Of a DNA stretch of 64,000 nucleotides, positions 42,286-57,197 are shown one piece after another. The position numbers and the translations under genes are program-made. The stretch's first letter is position 1. The number at the start of each line of letters is the position of its first letter. The notes beneath the pieces were generated by a model. It had not been told where the DNA came from. It made no database searches and saw only the letters and a program-made list of their open reading frames with translations. This DNA is from Eledone cirrhosa (taxonomy: Eukaryota). Where the stretch lies: positions 267,778,001 to 267,842,000 of the forward strand of contig OZ024743.1 in NCBI GenBank assembly GCA_964016885.1, written 5' to 3'.

Positions 42286-44961
42286 AGTTATATTGGAAAC
42301 AATATACACACACATAAAGACACATACTATCATACATTCACACACCTTCACGTGCACACATATTTATACAGAGACACTCATACAGCCAAAAATACAGTTA
42401 AACATACACGTTAAATCACACATACATATACACAGACATACATATAAACACATACATATACACAAACACACATACATATACACACTCACACTCACCCATA
42501 TCTACACACAGAAACACATATATACATATGCACGAACAGGGACGCACTTATTATCAATGTTTATATTCCTTCCATTGACTATTAAAAAGAATTCTTGCCT
42601 ATCAACAACTAAACGTATGATGTTGAACAATATAATGTCTTAAATTCCGGTCCGTTGTGACATTAAGTTGAATTCCTTTCGAATGGGCATGCATCGGAGA
42701 GTTCGATTTCACTGTAAAGTAAATTGACAGCAGCAGTAGAAGTGAAGCGGAAGTAATATACTATATACCATATAACAAACAGCTCTCAATGATACTGATT
42801 CAACATCCAAAGTTTCAGGAGAACGGAAAGAATGAAGATTCTCAAAGAAGAAAGACATATACATGTAAAGTTACATTGTTTAGTTGGTTATGATGAAAAC
42901 GAAAATAGCGATTCATCAATCTGCTGAAGGATGTTCTGAGTGCCGAGATATGAGGTGGCGGAGGTGGTGGTTGTGGTGTTGGTGATGGCTCTGGTTTGGT
43001 TTTGGTGTTGGAGGTAATAGTTTTAAAAAGGTGGTGGTGGAGGTGGTGGTTTATAGTAATTCATAATCATAAAATATAACGTAAGGGCCCACAGTCTGTG
43101 ATAGTTTAATGCTTTCCCATAAACCAATGGTCTGTCTTGTAAAGAGGAAGTAATTAAAAATCTCCAGGTCGTTAACCCAAAACTGGACAGTATGACTAAA
43201 CACCTAGTATAGTTAATATAGTGCATATACACGCACATACGTATATAATAAGTATTCACATACACACATCCATACCCCCATATCCATATAATATATATAT
43301 ATATATGTATGGGTGTGTATGTATGCATCTGTGTCTGTGTGTAGTTATTTACATAAATATACAGATATCTATAAATATTATATGTATATATATGAATGTG
43401 TGAATGTATGTATATATCTTATGTATGTATGAATGTATGTATGTGTGCACGGGTGTGTATATATATATGTATGTGTGTGTGTGTGCCAGGAAACGATCGG
43501 TTTAATCATTTGAGCATTGGATATCTATTTCGTGTCTCTATGTTCTGAGTTCAAATAGCGACGCTGTTCAATTCATTTAGCTTTTCGGTGTTGATGAATT
43601 GTTGCCCCGTACTAGAGGTACTGGAGCGGCGGCCCTCTATACTTCCAGTATATGATTAACTAGCTCGAGAGAGAGAGTGAGAGATGGAGAGAGAAAGAAA
43701 GATAAATAGATAGATAGATAGAGATAGATAGAGAGCTAGAGAGATAGATAGAGAGAGAGAGAGGGGGAGAGAGAGAGAACAATTGAGAGGTAGGGGAAAA
43801 CATACATGAATGTAATATACAGTGCTAAGGTTATTTAAAATGGTGTGGACTCCTAGTTTACCGTGCGTAAGTTGGTTTCTCATGGTAACCCGTTTCCTAA
43901 CCATAACTGTAATTTCAGCCAACCACACAATTACCCCTCTTAATGGTAATTTACCCATTTCTAACACTGTATCAATGCTCCATTTCTACACTTAATGGTA
44001 CTAAAGCATACATTGTTGCAACATCAAATAGTTGTAAATCATGATGCTACTACCACCTTCCTATAAATGTATATATACGAATGTCTGAGTAACTGGTTTC
44101 CGACAAATCGGGGAGTCGGACTACTCTCCTTTTCATTATTTTTGATGAACAGGATTAACATTCGCAGACGGGTTGTTAGTGGAGTCACAATTTGACTTTC
44201 AATGTTGGCAGGCTGCTTGAACGGGTAGCAAACATCCGCAATTGCTGGCTGGATATTTTACCTTGGCTACGATAAGTTGTACCATGGTTATATGGTAACC
44301 ATCCTCAGTCTCACATATATTCCATGGTAGTTTAGTCTCAAGACTACGTTTTAACATTGAAAGTGAGATACTGGGATGAGATCTCAAAATTGGTGCCTGA
44401 TCAGTCAGCTGGAATTTGCGTACGACATAACGTTACTTAACTTGTCATAAAGTGATCTCCGACTTTTGCACGGCAAGAATGAAAATCAGAACTACGTTGA
44501 ATAAGATCCTCGTCCTCTCAATGAAGCCTGCTTAGTGCTCTCTACATATGAATGGTGTTCCACTGAAGCAGGTGAAGTAATTCAAGTATCTCGCGGCCGT
44601 GTTCATGAGTGATGGAATACAAGAGGCTGTATTAAGTGCAAGAATTGCAGGATCTGGTGCAATAATACGCCAGCTTTAGCAATCGGTAATCAGGAGAAGG
44701 TGGGGAGCTATAAAAGTCAAACTCGCTATATTCAATTGATATTCGGACCAACTCTTACCTGAAGTGATGAATCTTTGGTAATTACCTAAAGATTAGGATC
44801 ACTATACAAGTGATAATAATAATAATAATAATAATAATTATTATTATTATTATTATTATTATTTATGCTTGCGATTGCAACTCGTTAATTTGAAACAGAT
44901 TTAGAAATTAACAACATGATTTAAAGTTTTATCTTTTGGGTTTTTTTTTTACCGTAACTAG

Positions 44962-45086
<125 letters not shown>

Positions 45087-46146
45087 CGTACGTACACACC
45101 TATATACAGATTTGAAGCTGCTTCAGGACCGTTTTTATAGGATGCATTTTACGTGATTTAGAATGCTGTGATATCTCTTTACCGGTACTTCTACAAAGGG
45201 TATGAATACATTTTCGATTTATTTTTATGTACCGTACACTGCCTTGTTTCCTGATATTAAGAAGGAAGTTGATAAAACACAGAACCCTATCTCTTACAAC
45301 GACACACTCGGGGAAACCAACTTTATATTTGAAGTCACGATCAGGTTTTAGAAACCCTGGTGTCATCTCAATCTGATATAGGACGTAGTATGACCGAATG
45401 GTTAAATGGTTCTAAATCTCTCAGAGAATAACTTTAAGAGTTCAAATTTTTGTGGAATGCTTAGCCACATGCATCTTAACTTTAAAAGCAGGATGTTCAA
45501 TTGATCGAGAGGCTGCAACACTCATTGTCAAAACCGACCGAGATCCATTCCAATCAATTCGTGACTGGAATTTCAGTCGTCATAAAACCGTACAGTAATT
45601 TTGCATTCTGCTCGATCTTATCTAAAATGAATATCTGCAGGTCAAGTCGTGTTATCTCTTTTTAAAATCTTACCGTTGTACCACCTCTATGTATATAGTA
45701 ATATTATTGCAACGACGAGATTTGATCATAGCATCTCACCTCCCCAACTCACTTCACTCTGTATATTTTTAAAAATTATTATTTTCTTCTTAATTTTTTG
45801 TGTAGATTTTTTTTTCATACTCACGTTAGTCAATCTCTTCCGCTTAGACACTCTCCCAGTTCTTTCCGGTGTATGACTCCCTCCATCTTTCTCTCTTTCT
45901 TGCTTTCTTTCTGTTTCCTTTTCTCTCTCAATTCATCTTTCTGAATGTATATGTGAATGTGTGTGTACGCGTGTATGTGTGTGTAAACTCTCAAATGCAC
46001 TCTCAAGCGTTTTCCGATCCGCTTGGCGCCGCGGTCGGGAAATATATATCTATACCCACGTTGCATCGCCTCGTGTATTCACTACTCCCATGATTAGTAG
46101 TCTTCCCAGTGTCAGCGCCACAGTCAATATATATATATATATATAG

Positions 46147-46309
<163 letters not shown>

Positions 46310-46379
46310 GTATATATATATACATATATATATAAATAATTGCCTTAATCTGTATCAGATACGCTTTCTCTCACTCTCC

Positions 46380-46429
<50 letters not shown>

Positions 46430-46757
46430 TTTCTGTGCTCAATAATTCTGTTACTTTCTATTTGAGCATTCCCCTATTTTTCAATTTTACGTCTCACTCT
46501 CAGTCTCTTAGTCCCTTTTCTCTGATTGTTCTCCTACATCTCGCTTTATCTCTGCACTATTGCACCCCTTCTGATTCTAAACCAACTCAAATAACTTTCA
46601 TATCTCATACACAGCACATTTTTATGATTTCTTGTGTCAGCTAGCTCTTCGCTTGAAATTAATTTTTCTCTTTCTATTCCCAGTCCGTTACAATCAAACC
46701 CGTGTGCATTCACACACACCCAAATACTCACACACACACACACGCACACACACACAC

Positions 46758-46902
<145 letters not shown>

Positions 46903-47841
46903 GTAAATGTCCATATATAATCCACTACAGCATATAATACTCATCTCAATTTTTGTGGTCTAAATTGTCATAAAAAGCCATAATACTATATATAATATGA
47001 AGTGTTGCACAATTTGCCACAACGGCAGATAATCAACCATAATCCCATATATTAGTTTTTAGTATTTCCTTTTGTATGATATAAATTTATATATAATAGC
47101 ACATAATCTGTATTAACTTTTAAGTTATCTATAAATAATTATGCGTGAATAACATTTTAAAAGTTTATTTCCTTCTAATCTTAGCTTCAACATACACTTC
47201 CATGTAGTGTGAGTTATTCTTCTGCTAGTAAGTTAGAAATATTAAGGTATGTTATTGACCAAGGCGCGACGCTTTTATGATTCAATGAAACATCAAATCG
47301 TGCAAGAATGTTCAATATTAAATTGGAATGAACCTCCACCGGATTCGACGATGTTTGTTATACGTGTTTAATATCGGAACAGCTTGCTCATGAAATCACG
47401 GAATAAGTGATTGAGCATTCTATAAACGCGTTCAATTGCTGAAATTGTTAGGTGTATTCCGTATAACTAATAAAAGTGAAATGGTTTCCCTTTTGATTAC
47501 AGTCATATCCATATGACGGATTCTAAAGAGTTTTCATCTATCTAAATTCATGCATAAAGCATCGGTTGGTCAGGGGTTATGATAAGGGGCATTTACCCAA
47601 GATTCCACGAAGTGTGATCGAAGCGGGACCTGATCATTTTCAAGAAAATTCCTCCGCTTCTACTAAACTGAAGGTTCGCTTAATACAATAAGGTCTGATT
47701 GAGGGAAAAGGTAACTTAAACACTTGTAGAAAAGATATATTGAAATTTCTGATTGATTGATGGCAGGGATTTGGTGTATAATCTAATAAAATTAAAATCC
47801 ATGTTAAATTTGTTTGTGAAGAACCAACCAGTTTCAAATAT

Positions 47842-47933
47842 AATTGTTTCTACTTTTGGTACAAGGCCACAAATTATCCCAGTGTATTACGGGTACCTTA
47901 TTTTATCGACTCCGTAAGGATGAAAGGCAAAGT
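47842..47933 (-). mobile_element. SINE family A, 3' fragment
   Basis: Matches the family consensus. Confidence 0.72.
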
Positions 47934-50260
47934 TTCAAATATAATGAAATAGATAAAGACATCAATATGTTGGTGTTCAATTTTAGGCAAGTGACTGCAG
48001 ATTAGTATCACATGGCGAACTATGCATGGAAACTTTAAAGTAAAACTGGTAACATACCATAACATAATTATTAATATGCGAAAGATTAATGAATATCCCT
48101 TCAGCAATATAAGCAATGTGAAGCAAATACCAATGTCACTTGCTTCTCTATACATCTTCATTATACCTCCTATTGTCTGTAAGTTACATCCCATGAAGAC
48201 TAATAACCATGAAAAAGGGAATTTACAATAATACTCAGTTGTTTGTCTGACCGTTCCCGGTTTCCACTTTATATAAAAATACAGTACTCTAATGGCATTT
48301 ACAGCCTGAAAGAAATGAACTCTGAGTATGTTTCAGGAATAATAACAATATTCTACCATGCACCACAACGTTATAAATAAGTATTTTGTTGGTGGGTGTG
48401 GCAAATATTATAAATTTGAATATAATATTATGTATCATTTCCTGTATCAGACGGATTAACACTTTCAACAGAGGTGGTATTGCAGTTTAAATCATATATA
48501 TACTTACGGTGGTCAGCCCAAAGAAGAAAATACATTACTATATTCAGTAGTTCGGTAAGAGATACTCGCTAACATATCTCCCCAGAGGCAATAAGAAAAC
48601 GCTTTCTTAAATGTTGCATCTTAAAAACTATGGATGGAAGGAAACAAACATAACATTCAGTGTGAAGAGCAGAGTACCTTATTCAGTCAACCAATTCAGT
48701 TATATGTCTAGCAAAGTGTAATAAGATTGACAATGTAGTCATCTATTTTGCTAAGAATAATTGCTAAATATATTTAAACCTTTTAGTTACCATTTTCAAA
48801 AGAATGCTCTGTCTATGTACCTCAGTTAATTTCGACAATACTCCATATGCTGGAAGTATTTACAAAACATTTTACATGAGTAATCGGAATATTATTTAAT
48901 ACAAGTTTGGAATATTACTTAATAGAACATTTTTAAATGAACATATGTATGGACATTTTAAAATGGACAGTTTTGTATATAACCAAAGAAAGTTTGAGGA
49001 AGATTGATATTAAAGGGTTAAATAATTTTTGTTAATGTTTAAGACAAAGCTAAACACCAGCAACAGTTTAGAGATGTTATGTGGTTACAAGACAAGTGAG
49101 ATATATACCATCCCAACTACATACACACACAAAATAATTTTTTTTTAAATATATTTAGTTTTATGAAAGATATTAGACATTAGTTAATGTAGACCTCGAA
49201 ATATTATGTCTGAAACGATGAAGTCCTCAATATTGGATTGCCTTTGATCATAGTTCTACTAAAACAAAGTTGACAAGTACCGAAACAATAACAATAATTC
49301 GAGCAATTACCTTTAATATATCACAACAATAATCACTGCAATTAAATACAACACGAATGACGAAACGAAAATGAAGACTAAAAATAACAGCCGAAACAAG
49401 CTTATTCTATAAAATAATCCTGCCTTTATTTATTACTGTATAAAATAATGCTATCAATAGGAAGGGTAAATTGAACAATAATGAACTATTTAAGCTAAAT
49501 CTGAGAAAATATCCATTTCTTTCCTCATTCTCTTGTTATCACCGATGTATTTCCATTTAATAGACACATATCTCCATTTTCTCAGTTGTTTTTTCTGTTT
49601 TTATGTTTCTCTTTCTCTTGCAGTATCCTACAGTTTCTATCTGATAGAATCGTTCAATTCATCACATCACATATTCACATATTCTCCCACACACACTCTC
49701 TCTATTTTGAATATATTTCTATATATTTTTATTTCCCTGTTTCTCTTTTAATCTCAACGTTTTTTCCCTCAACACCACTGCCTGACTATCTATATATTTT
49801 CCTCCCTCAATCTACATCTCTAATCTGTTCTATATATCTCTTAGTTTTTCTGTCTGTTGTCTCTTCTGACAAATATAACGTAATTATTTTCTTAAATCTA
49901 TATGAAGACTACTTTTGTGTTGTTATTTAATTTCATATTTCATTCTTTACTATCTAGTATCGCTAAGCTAATGATATGAAAGTTATATCACATGGTATTT
50001 AAGTTTCATTTATTTAGCTGACATATTCACCTAAGTAGAATATTCCACTTAGGACGACTATTCTTCTCAGATGTACATTTGCTTAAAGAGATTACACGGC
50101 AATTTGTCGTATACACTAGTAGCGTTGAAGTGTTTAATTCCGCTTTGTTTTGAGGATTAGAACATGGCTTAGATTTAATGCTTACTGCTGTTTGACAGAT
50201 GTATGTAGACAAGCAGATGAATTCGACTAGAAAGTCACTTATGTACATAGGAGTACATAT

Positions 50261-50329
<69 letters not shown>

Positions 50330-50703
50330 CATATATAATATATCTATCTATCTATATATAATATATACATACATATATATATATGTCTGTGTACACACAT
50401 ATATACACACACACACACATATATATATATATAAAATAGGAAATATGGGAATATGAATATGTGTATATATATATATATATATATTCGCAGTAGGATAGTG
50501 CATATACATAGGCACAGCAACACACTAAAACACCTAATGTACGTATATACGAGACTGGTTGTGACTGGCAATATTCACACATACCAATTTAAGCATCACG
50601 TTTTTCATAAATATGTTTTGTTTCTCGATACTTATGTAGCCACACAAATATATATATCATGTAAATATACATGTAACAATATGCACACAGAAATTCATAT
50701 GTA

Positions 50704-50756
<53 letters not shown>

Positions 50757-50797
50757 TATATATATATATATGTATATATACACACATATACATATGC

Positions 50798-50865
<68 letters not shown>

Positions 50866-53636
50866 ATATACACACACATATATATATATATGCATATATA
50901 TATATATGCATATATATATATATATATATATGTGTATACACAAATGCATATACACACACGGGCGTACGCACACACACACAAACACAGACACACATATATG
51001 TATATATGTGTGTGTGTGTGTATATATATATGTATATATATATATGTGTGTGTACGCAGGAATGTACGTATATCCATCCAAATACATTGCGCTGGCAAAC
51101 CCCACTCGCAAACCGTCAGTCGACATATGTTAATTTGAAATCGCTAAATATGAAAACAACAGATTTATAATGTACATCTATTGATTTTACGATACTTCTA
51201 ATTAAAAAGAGGATTAAATTATAATGATGAATGAGCAGTTTGTATTGCTTTATATATGCATTGAAACTAATATCTTTAACATTACGTACTTGCATATTTC
51301 AGTGGCGAATACTTGGCAGACAATGTAATATAACATGTAGCTCTAAACAAAACATTCTATGCCGCTACTTTAGTATGTTAGATGTAGGTAATGCTGTATT
51401 AAGTAGGTGCAGAATAACAACATCGTTTCTACATCTGTCTTCGTCGTACCTACTCGAATAAGAATATATCATAGCCAAATTATCAGGAAGTACGCTTTGC
51501 TACTATTAAGGCTTAGAATAGAACCTTGTATGTGGTATCTTGGACAAGTTTCATTTATCTTAGCCTCCAATCTATCCAGGGGTTGTGCCTGAAATTGGGT
51601 AAACGGGAACTGTTTGAAAGCACTTTGTGTTGAGAGTACTAGTAATTCAAATGACCACTTATGTTGCACGCTGTTTCACGTTGATTTCACGAATTACCAT
51701 CTACATACACGGATTTCTTGAATATGTTGTTCCTTTGATTAATCTGCTGGAAAACTCATCGTTGAAACTGACGGCGATCCATTCCACTTGCTCAAAATAG
51801 GAAATAACAAACATTCTAATAACCAATTTGTTTTGATCTTCTCTTTGTTTCCTTTATTACATCGCATAATTATTTTTATTTAGATTTTTAATGATCCATT
51901 GTATATGCTTGATTGTGTGTGAAAGTGTGCGAATATTTTTATCAATACAAGTTTATGCGTCACGTTTTCCAGGCGTGTGGAATAGGGCGTTGGGGTGTTG
52001 GACTCATCGTCGTTTCGTTTGCTGGATCTAGCTGCGAGTTGTTTTTCTGAGCAGGACTCTTATTTCACGTTGCTTTTCATGATAGGAAAGAATGCCTATC
52101 TTTGTTAAAACATTCCATTGGGGTCAGCCTTGTTGAAGACCAGCTAATCCTGCATATGGGTGGGCTGTAAATTTTATTTCTTTTACTTTTAAATCATTTG
52201 ATAATGATTTACTTAGTAGATTTAGCCGCGAATTCCCACCCCTTGATCACACGCAAATGTCTTAAATAACAATGCATGAATAAACGACGGGGTGGTCAAG
52301 AATAGGGTACTCCCTCACCATTTGTTGGTTCGATCATGTCTACCATTAGTTTAAATTATAACAACCATACTCAACTTACTTATAATTATCGTATTGAAAT
52401 TCGACACAAGGCCAGCATATTTGGATTACGGGAAATATTAATTCGATCAACTCAGTGCTTCCCTGATACTTAATTTTTTCGACGCCGAAGAGATTAAAGG
52501 CAATGTCAACTGCAGCAGGATTTGAACGTTGCATTTAATAACTATATTAACACCTTGGAACGGTTCATATGTGTATGTTTTATAAAACCCAATTACTGAA
52601 TTATGAAAGCAAAACATGTCCTGGCGGAATGTTGACTCAAGTCTGCAAGATAATTTATATAAACTCTCCTAGCAGATATTTGAATAAGCCGTCGAATCTA
52701 CTATATCAACTATGACTGCTACGGTATGTTTTCGGGTGTGGTTATTGTTGTAGTGATAATGCTGGTGGTGATGGTGGTGATGGTAGTATTGATGGTTGCG
52801 GTGTAACGGTAATGGAAATATTTGGAGTAGTGCTGGTGATTGAGTTTGGGGTGTTGGTTGCTGCGGAGACGGTTGGGGGAGGTTATGACGTTGGTTGTGC
52901 ATTAGATTGTGGTTTAGGTAGGTTGTCTTATTTGTGATTGTTTCAGTGGTTGCCATTGAAATGTATCAATGGTGGTATGGATTGGAAAGTGGCGATGAAG
53001 TGGTAAGGTCGATAGAACGTCAAAGTGTGTTTTGTCGTATCGTACCGGAGCTCTGCCGATGTCAACTTTCCTTCGCTCGAGGTCGATATAAAATACCAGT
53101 CTATTACTTAGGCCGTTTTCTCATCTTCATCTCTTTCTCACTTCCTCCCTACTATCCCCTCTCTTTCTTTTGACGAAATTGTCTGTGTTCAGACCTGGGG
53201 AGTAGATGGACTTCGACATGTTTAAAAAATGAACAAGAAACGCTGTATGGCACTTCAGCCCACAGCGGCTACATAAGGATTTATGGCTGCATACATACAT
53301 AAATAGATTGCAAAACTGTTCTGTCATTAACTGTTGGTGGTGTGGTAGTTGAAATGGTGCCTCAGGGTGTTTTAATTGTTGGTGTAATTGTTTTTATTGT
53401 CAAACTTGCAACTGTTATTGTTGTTGTCTTTGTAGTTACTATTGGTGTTGATGAGAATGATGATTGTGGTGGTGATAAGGTAGATGTAGATGTCTTTGTA
53501 ACGTTATTATTGCTGTTATTGTTATTGTCATTGTTATCAATGTCATTGTTGCCATTGCTATTGTTTTTGTTGTTGTTGTTGATGATGATGACGATGATGA
53601 TGATGAAGATGTTGTTATTATTATCATTACCAATAT

Positions 53637-54063
53637 GGCGGTGGATTGGCAGTAGCAGTAGAGTGTGAGACACTATGCTTTGCAGCATAAAGTTATGACC
53701 CTTTACGTTCTGAGCTCAAATCCCGTCGAGGTTAGCTTTGCCTTTAATCTTTACGAGGTCGATAAAATAAAGTACCAGTAACGCATTGGGGTTGATATAA
53801 TCGACTACCCTTTCCCAAAATTGCTGGCCTTCTGCCTAAATCAGAAACCATTATTAACATTACCATCAAAGGACGGGGGATTGGTAGTATCGGTAGAAGT
53901 ACATACGCCATGCTTTGCAGCTTAGTGTTACTCCCCTTTATCGTCTGAGTTCAAATCCCGCCGGGTTCACTTTGCCTTTCATCCTTATGGGGTCGATAAA
54001 ATAAAGTACCAGTATTGGACTGGTATAATTGCTGGCCTTGTGCCAAAAGTAGAAACAATTATT
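53637..54063 (+). mobile_element. Two tandem SINE family A copies (53637-53855 long, 53872-54063 short)
   Basis: Two complete matches to the consensus. Confidence 0.8.
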
Positions 54064-54539
54064 AACATTACCATTAATGCTATTATTTATATTGCTGCTA
54101 CTGATAACACCGTGTAACAAAAAGAAAAGGTTCTCTGTTCCTAGCTTGAAATCACTTTTTTGTGTTGCTTAGGTCCCAAATAAATAAAAAAGTCAAAAGT
54201 AAGTTTGGGTTTGTAAAGATTCTAAGCTATTCACTAGAATTATTTGTATGCTGGATTTTACATTGTATGTAAGTTTAATTTGCTTATGTTAAATGATTTT
54301 TTTATATGTTTCAGGTTAAATTAAAATTATAAAATAAAAGTACAATAAAGTATAAAATTGTGAAAAAGTGGATTAAAGAGATTTATTGATACTAGATTTT
54401 CGCACCCTGAATAAAGGGTAAGTTGTATTTTAAGCACAAATTTTCATTAGTATGATTAGTGTTCTTTTATATTATTTAAATATGTATTTCCCTTTGCTAT
54501 ATTTATTTTGTATTGCGTATCAAATTTATTTTCAAAGAC

Positions 54540-55777
54540 AAGTATTCTGATGAAGAAGAGGAGATGGATGCTGAGTACTTGGATTACCTGCCTGGGGTAC
54601 CAGAAAATGTTCCTCACTTCCCAAAGCAAAAAGAAGTCAATGACTTGGTCAGGGATATGGGTCTGATCAAGACCAATGCAGAGCTATTTGTCTCCAGGAT
54701 GAAGCAGTGGAACTTGGTCAAGGAGGAAGTGCAGGTGACAAGTCAGAGAAGTCGACACGAATCTTTCTCAGGCTTTTACACTCTTAGCGATGGCCTCTGC
54801 TTCAGCCAAAGGTGCCTGGGCTGTTTGACGTTATTGGGGTGCCGTTTGTGCTCAAGGATTGGCGGCTATTTATAGACAGCTCCACCACAAGTTTGATGGC
54901 TGTCCTCCTCCACAATGGAAACAAGTTCCCGACACTTCCCCTAGCTCATTCAGTCTGCCTGAAGGAAGATTACTACAGTGTGAAAGTCCTCTTGGAAGCT
55001 CTGCAATACAACCAGTACAATTGGGAAATCATTGGAGACTTCAAGATGGTGGCTTTCCTGCTTGGACTCCAAGGAGGCTTTATCAAATTCCAATGCTTCC
55101 TCTGCCTTTGGGACAGCAGAGCCACCTCTGACCACTACAAAAGAAAGAACTGGGAGCAGCGAACAGAATTTGTAGTTGGGACCCGGAACGTCATGTGGGA
55201 GGCATTGGTTGATCCCAGGATTGTGCTCATGCCGACACAGCACATTAAGTTCGGGTTGATGAAGCTGTTTGTGAAGGCTCTCAACCAAGAATCAGCCGCT
55301 TTTAAGTACCTTCTTGAGTTCTTCCCCAAGTTATCTGAGGCCAAAATCAAAGGTGGAATGTTTGTTGGACCTCAGATAAAGAAGGTGTTTGAGTCTACCG
55401 AGTTCTCCAATAAGCTTAATATGATTGAGAGAACAGCATGGAACTGTTTCAAGGAAGTTGTTAAGGGCTTCCTGGGCAACTACAGAGCTGAAAACTACCA
55501 GCAACTGGTGCAGGATCTGATAAAGGCTTTTGGCGCCATGGGATGCAGGATGTCGCTTAAACTCCATATGCTGGACGCTCACCTGGAAAAATTCAAGGAC
55601 AATATGGACGCCTACTCAGAAGAAAAAGGCGAATGATTCCACTATGATGTGAAAGAGATAGAGCGGAGGTACCAGGGCCACTACAATGAAAAAATAATGG
55701 GGTACTATATCTGGGGACTAGTGCGGTAATGCGACCTGGACTACAACCGCAAATCCAAGAAATCCAGTCAATTCTGA
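54540..55777 (+). pseudogene. DDE transposase remnant (Chapaev3-like)
   Basis: WRLFIDSS...AVLLHNGN, GDFKMV..LLGLQGG..K..CFLCLWDSRA, HIKFGLMK, GMFVGPQI, MSLKLH.L..H and SEEKGE*FH...RYQG. Frameshift near 54810, premature stops, N-terminus missing. Confidence 0.85.
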
Positions 55778-55991
55778 CGTGTATAAGTTGCTTTATAAGT
55801 GTTATTTGTTTTTACTTGTTTGCTTTTGATAAGCTTGTGTAATAAAATAAATATATACTCTGTTGATTTAATTATATGAACCGATAATTTTTTTTTGTAA
55901 ATGTGTTTTTTCTTGAAAAATATGAAAATTTCGAAATATCAATCTTCTGACCACAAACCCAAGTTTCTGATTAAATAATAGTGTTTTTTAA

Positions 55992-56180
55992 ATAATTGTT
56001 TCTAGTTTTGGCACAAGGCCAGCAATTATTCCAGTGCATTACTGGTACTTTATTTTATCGACCCCGTAAGGATGAAAGGCAAAGTTAACCTCGGCGGGAT
56101 TTGAACTCAGATCATAAATGGAGGTAACTCTATGCTTCAAAGCATGGCGTCCGACCCTTACCGATACTGCCAATCCACCG
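55992..56180 (-). mobile_element. SINE family A nested in the transposon
   Basis: Full consensus match, flanked by AATAAT on both sides. Confidence 0.82.
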
Positions 56181-56354
56181 AATAATAATGGGATATAACA
56201 AACCATGAAATGACACTTAGAATCGGGGAACAAAATATATTACACACGGAGTAATCAAAATATTTTTTTCTCGTCCGTGTTGTTTGTTTCTACTCGTAAT
56301 TTACCTTATAGTTCTTATTGTTCTGGTCTTATAGTTATTATTGTTGTTGTATTA

Positions 56355-56740
56355 TTGATGATGGTGATGATGATGATGGCGATGATGATGATGATGATGG
56401 TGAAGATGATGATGGTGTTGATGGTGATGGTGATGATGGTGATGATGATGATGATGGCGATGATGATGATGGTGACGATGATGATAATGATGATGATGAT
56501 GATGATGGTGGTGGTGATGATTGCGATGATGATGATGATGGTGGTGGTGATGGCGATGATGATGATGGTGGTGGTGATGATGGCGATGACGATGATGGTG
56601 GTGGCGATGATTATAATGATGATAGCGATGATGATGGCGATGATGATGATGGTGATGGTGGTGGTGATGATGATGATGATGATGATAATGATGATGATGA
56701 TGATGAGGAGGAGGATGATAATGATGATGCTGTCGATGAT
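56355..56740. repeat. (GAT/GGT)n trinucleotide repeat
   Basis: Read directly from the sequence. Confidence 0.92.
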
Positions 56741-56816
56741 ATTGTTGTTGCTGTTCTTTTTTGTTCATTTACTCGTTGTAATTGCGCTGAGATTGTTGTT
56801 GCTGTTCTTGGTATAA

Positions 56817-56900
56817 TATTAGGTCATCAAGTATGAAATTTGTAGAAATATAGAGAAAATAAATAAATTTCTACGAATTTCATAGTTGACGACGCAATAT
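56817..56900. mobile_element. Tiny MITE (about 80 bp), copy 2
   Basis: TATTAGGTCATCAAGTATGAAATTTGTAGAAA...TTTCTACGAATTTCATAGTTGACGACGCAATA. Confidence 0.65.
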
Positions 56901-57197
56901 TTTTTATTGCTGCTGTTGCTATCGTTGTTGTTGATCATTTTCGCCTTGAAATGTTGATGCTGCATTTGTTGCAAATGTTGTTGATGTTGATATTGTTGCT
57001 GTCGTTGTGTTGTTGTTCTTGATAATGACGTTTTTATTCTACCTGTGGTTGTAGTGGTAGTTTCATTGTTGTTGTTATTATTCTTATTGTTGTTGTCACC
57101 ATTCTGTTTGTTGTTGCAGCTGGTTTTTGTTGATAGTTTTGTTAGTTTTTCTGCTGTTGTTGATGTACTTGTTGCTGTTGTTGTTGTTGATGATTAT

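Larger units (their letters stand above)
54108..56251 (+). mobile_element. Chapaev3-type (CMC) DNA transposon, internally deleted
   Basis: Left end TAA|CACCGTGTAAC and right end TTACACACGGAG|TAA, giving a diverged TIR and a 3-bp TAA TSD; encloses a transposase remnant. Confidence 0.7.

Noticed and set aside
56277-56836. Poly-M, poly-D and poly-H ORFs
   Set aside because: (GAT)n repeat read in different frames
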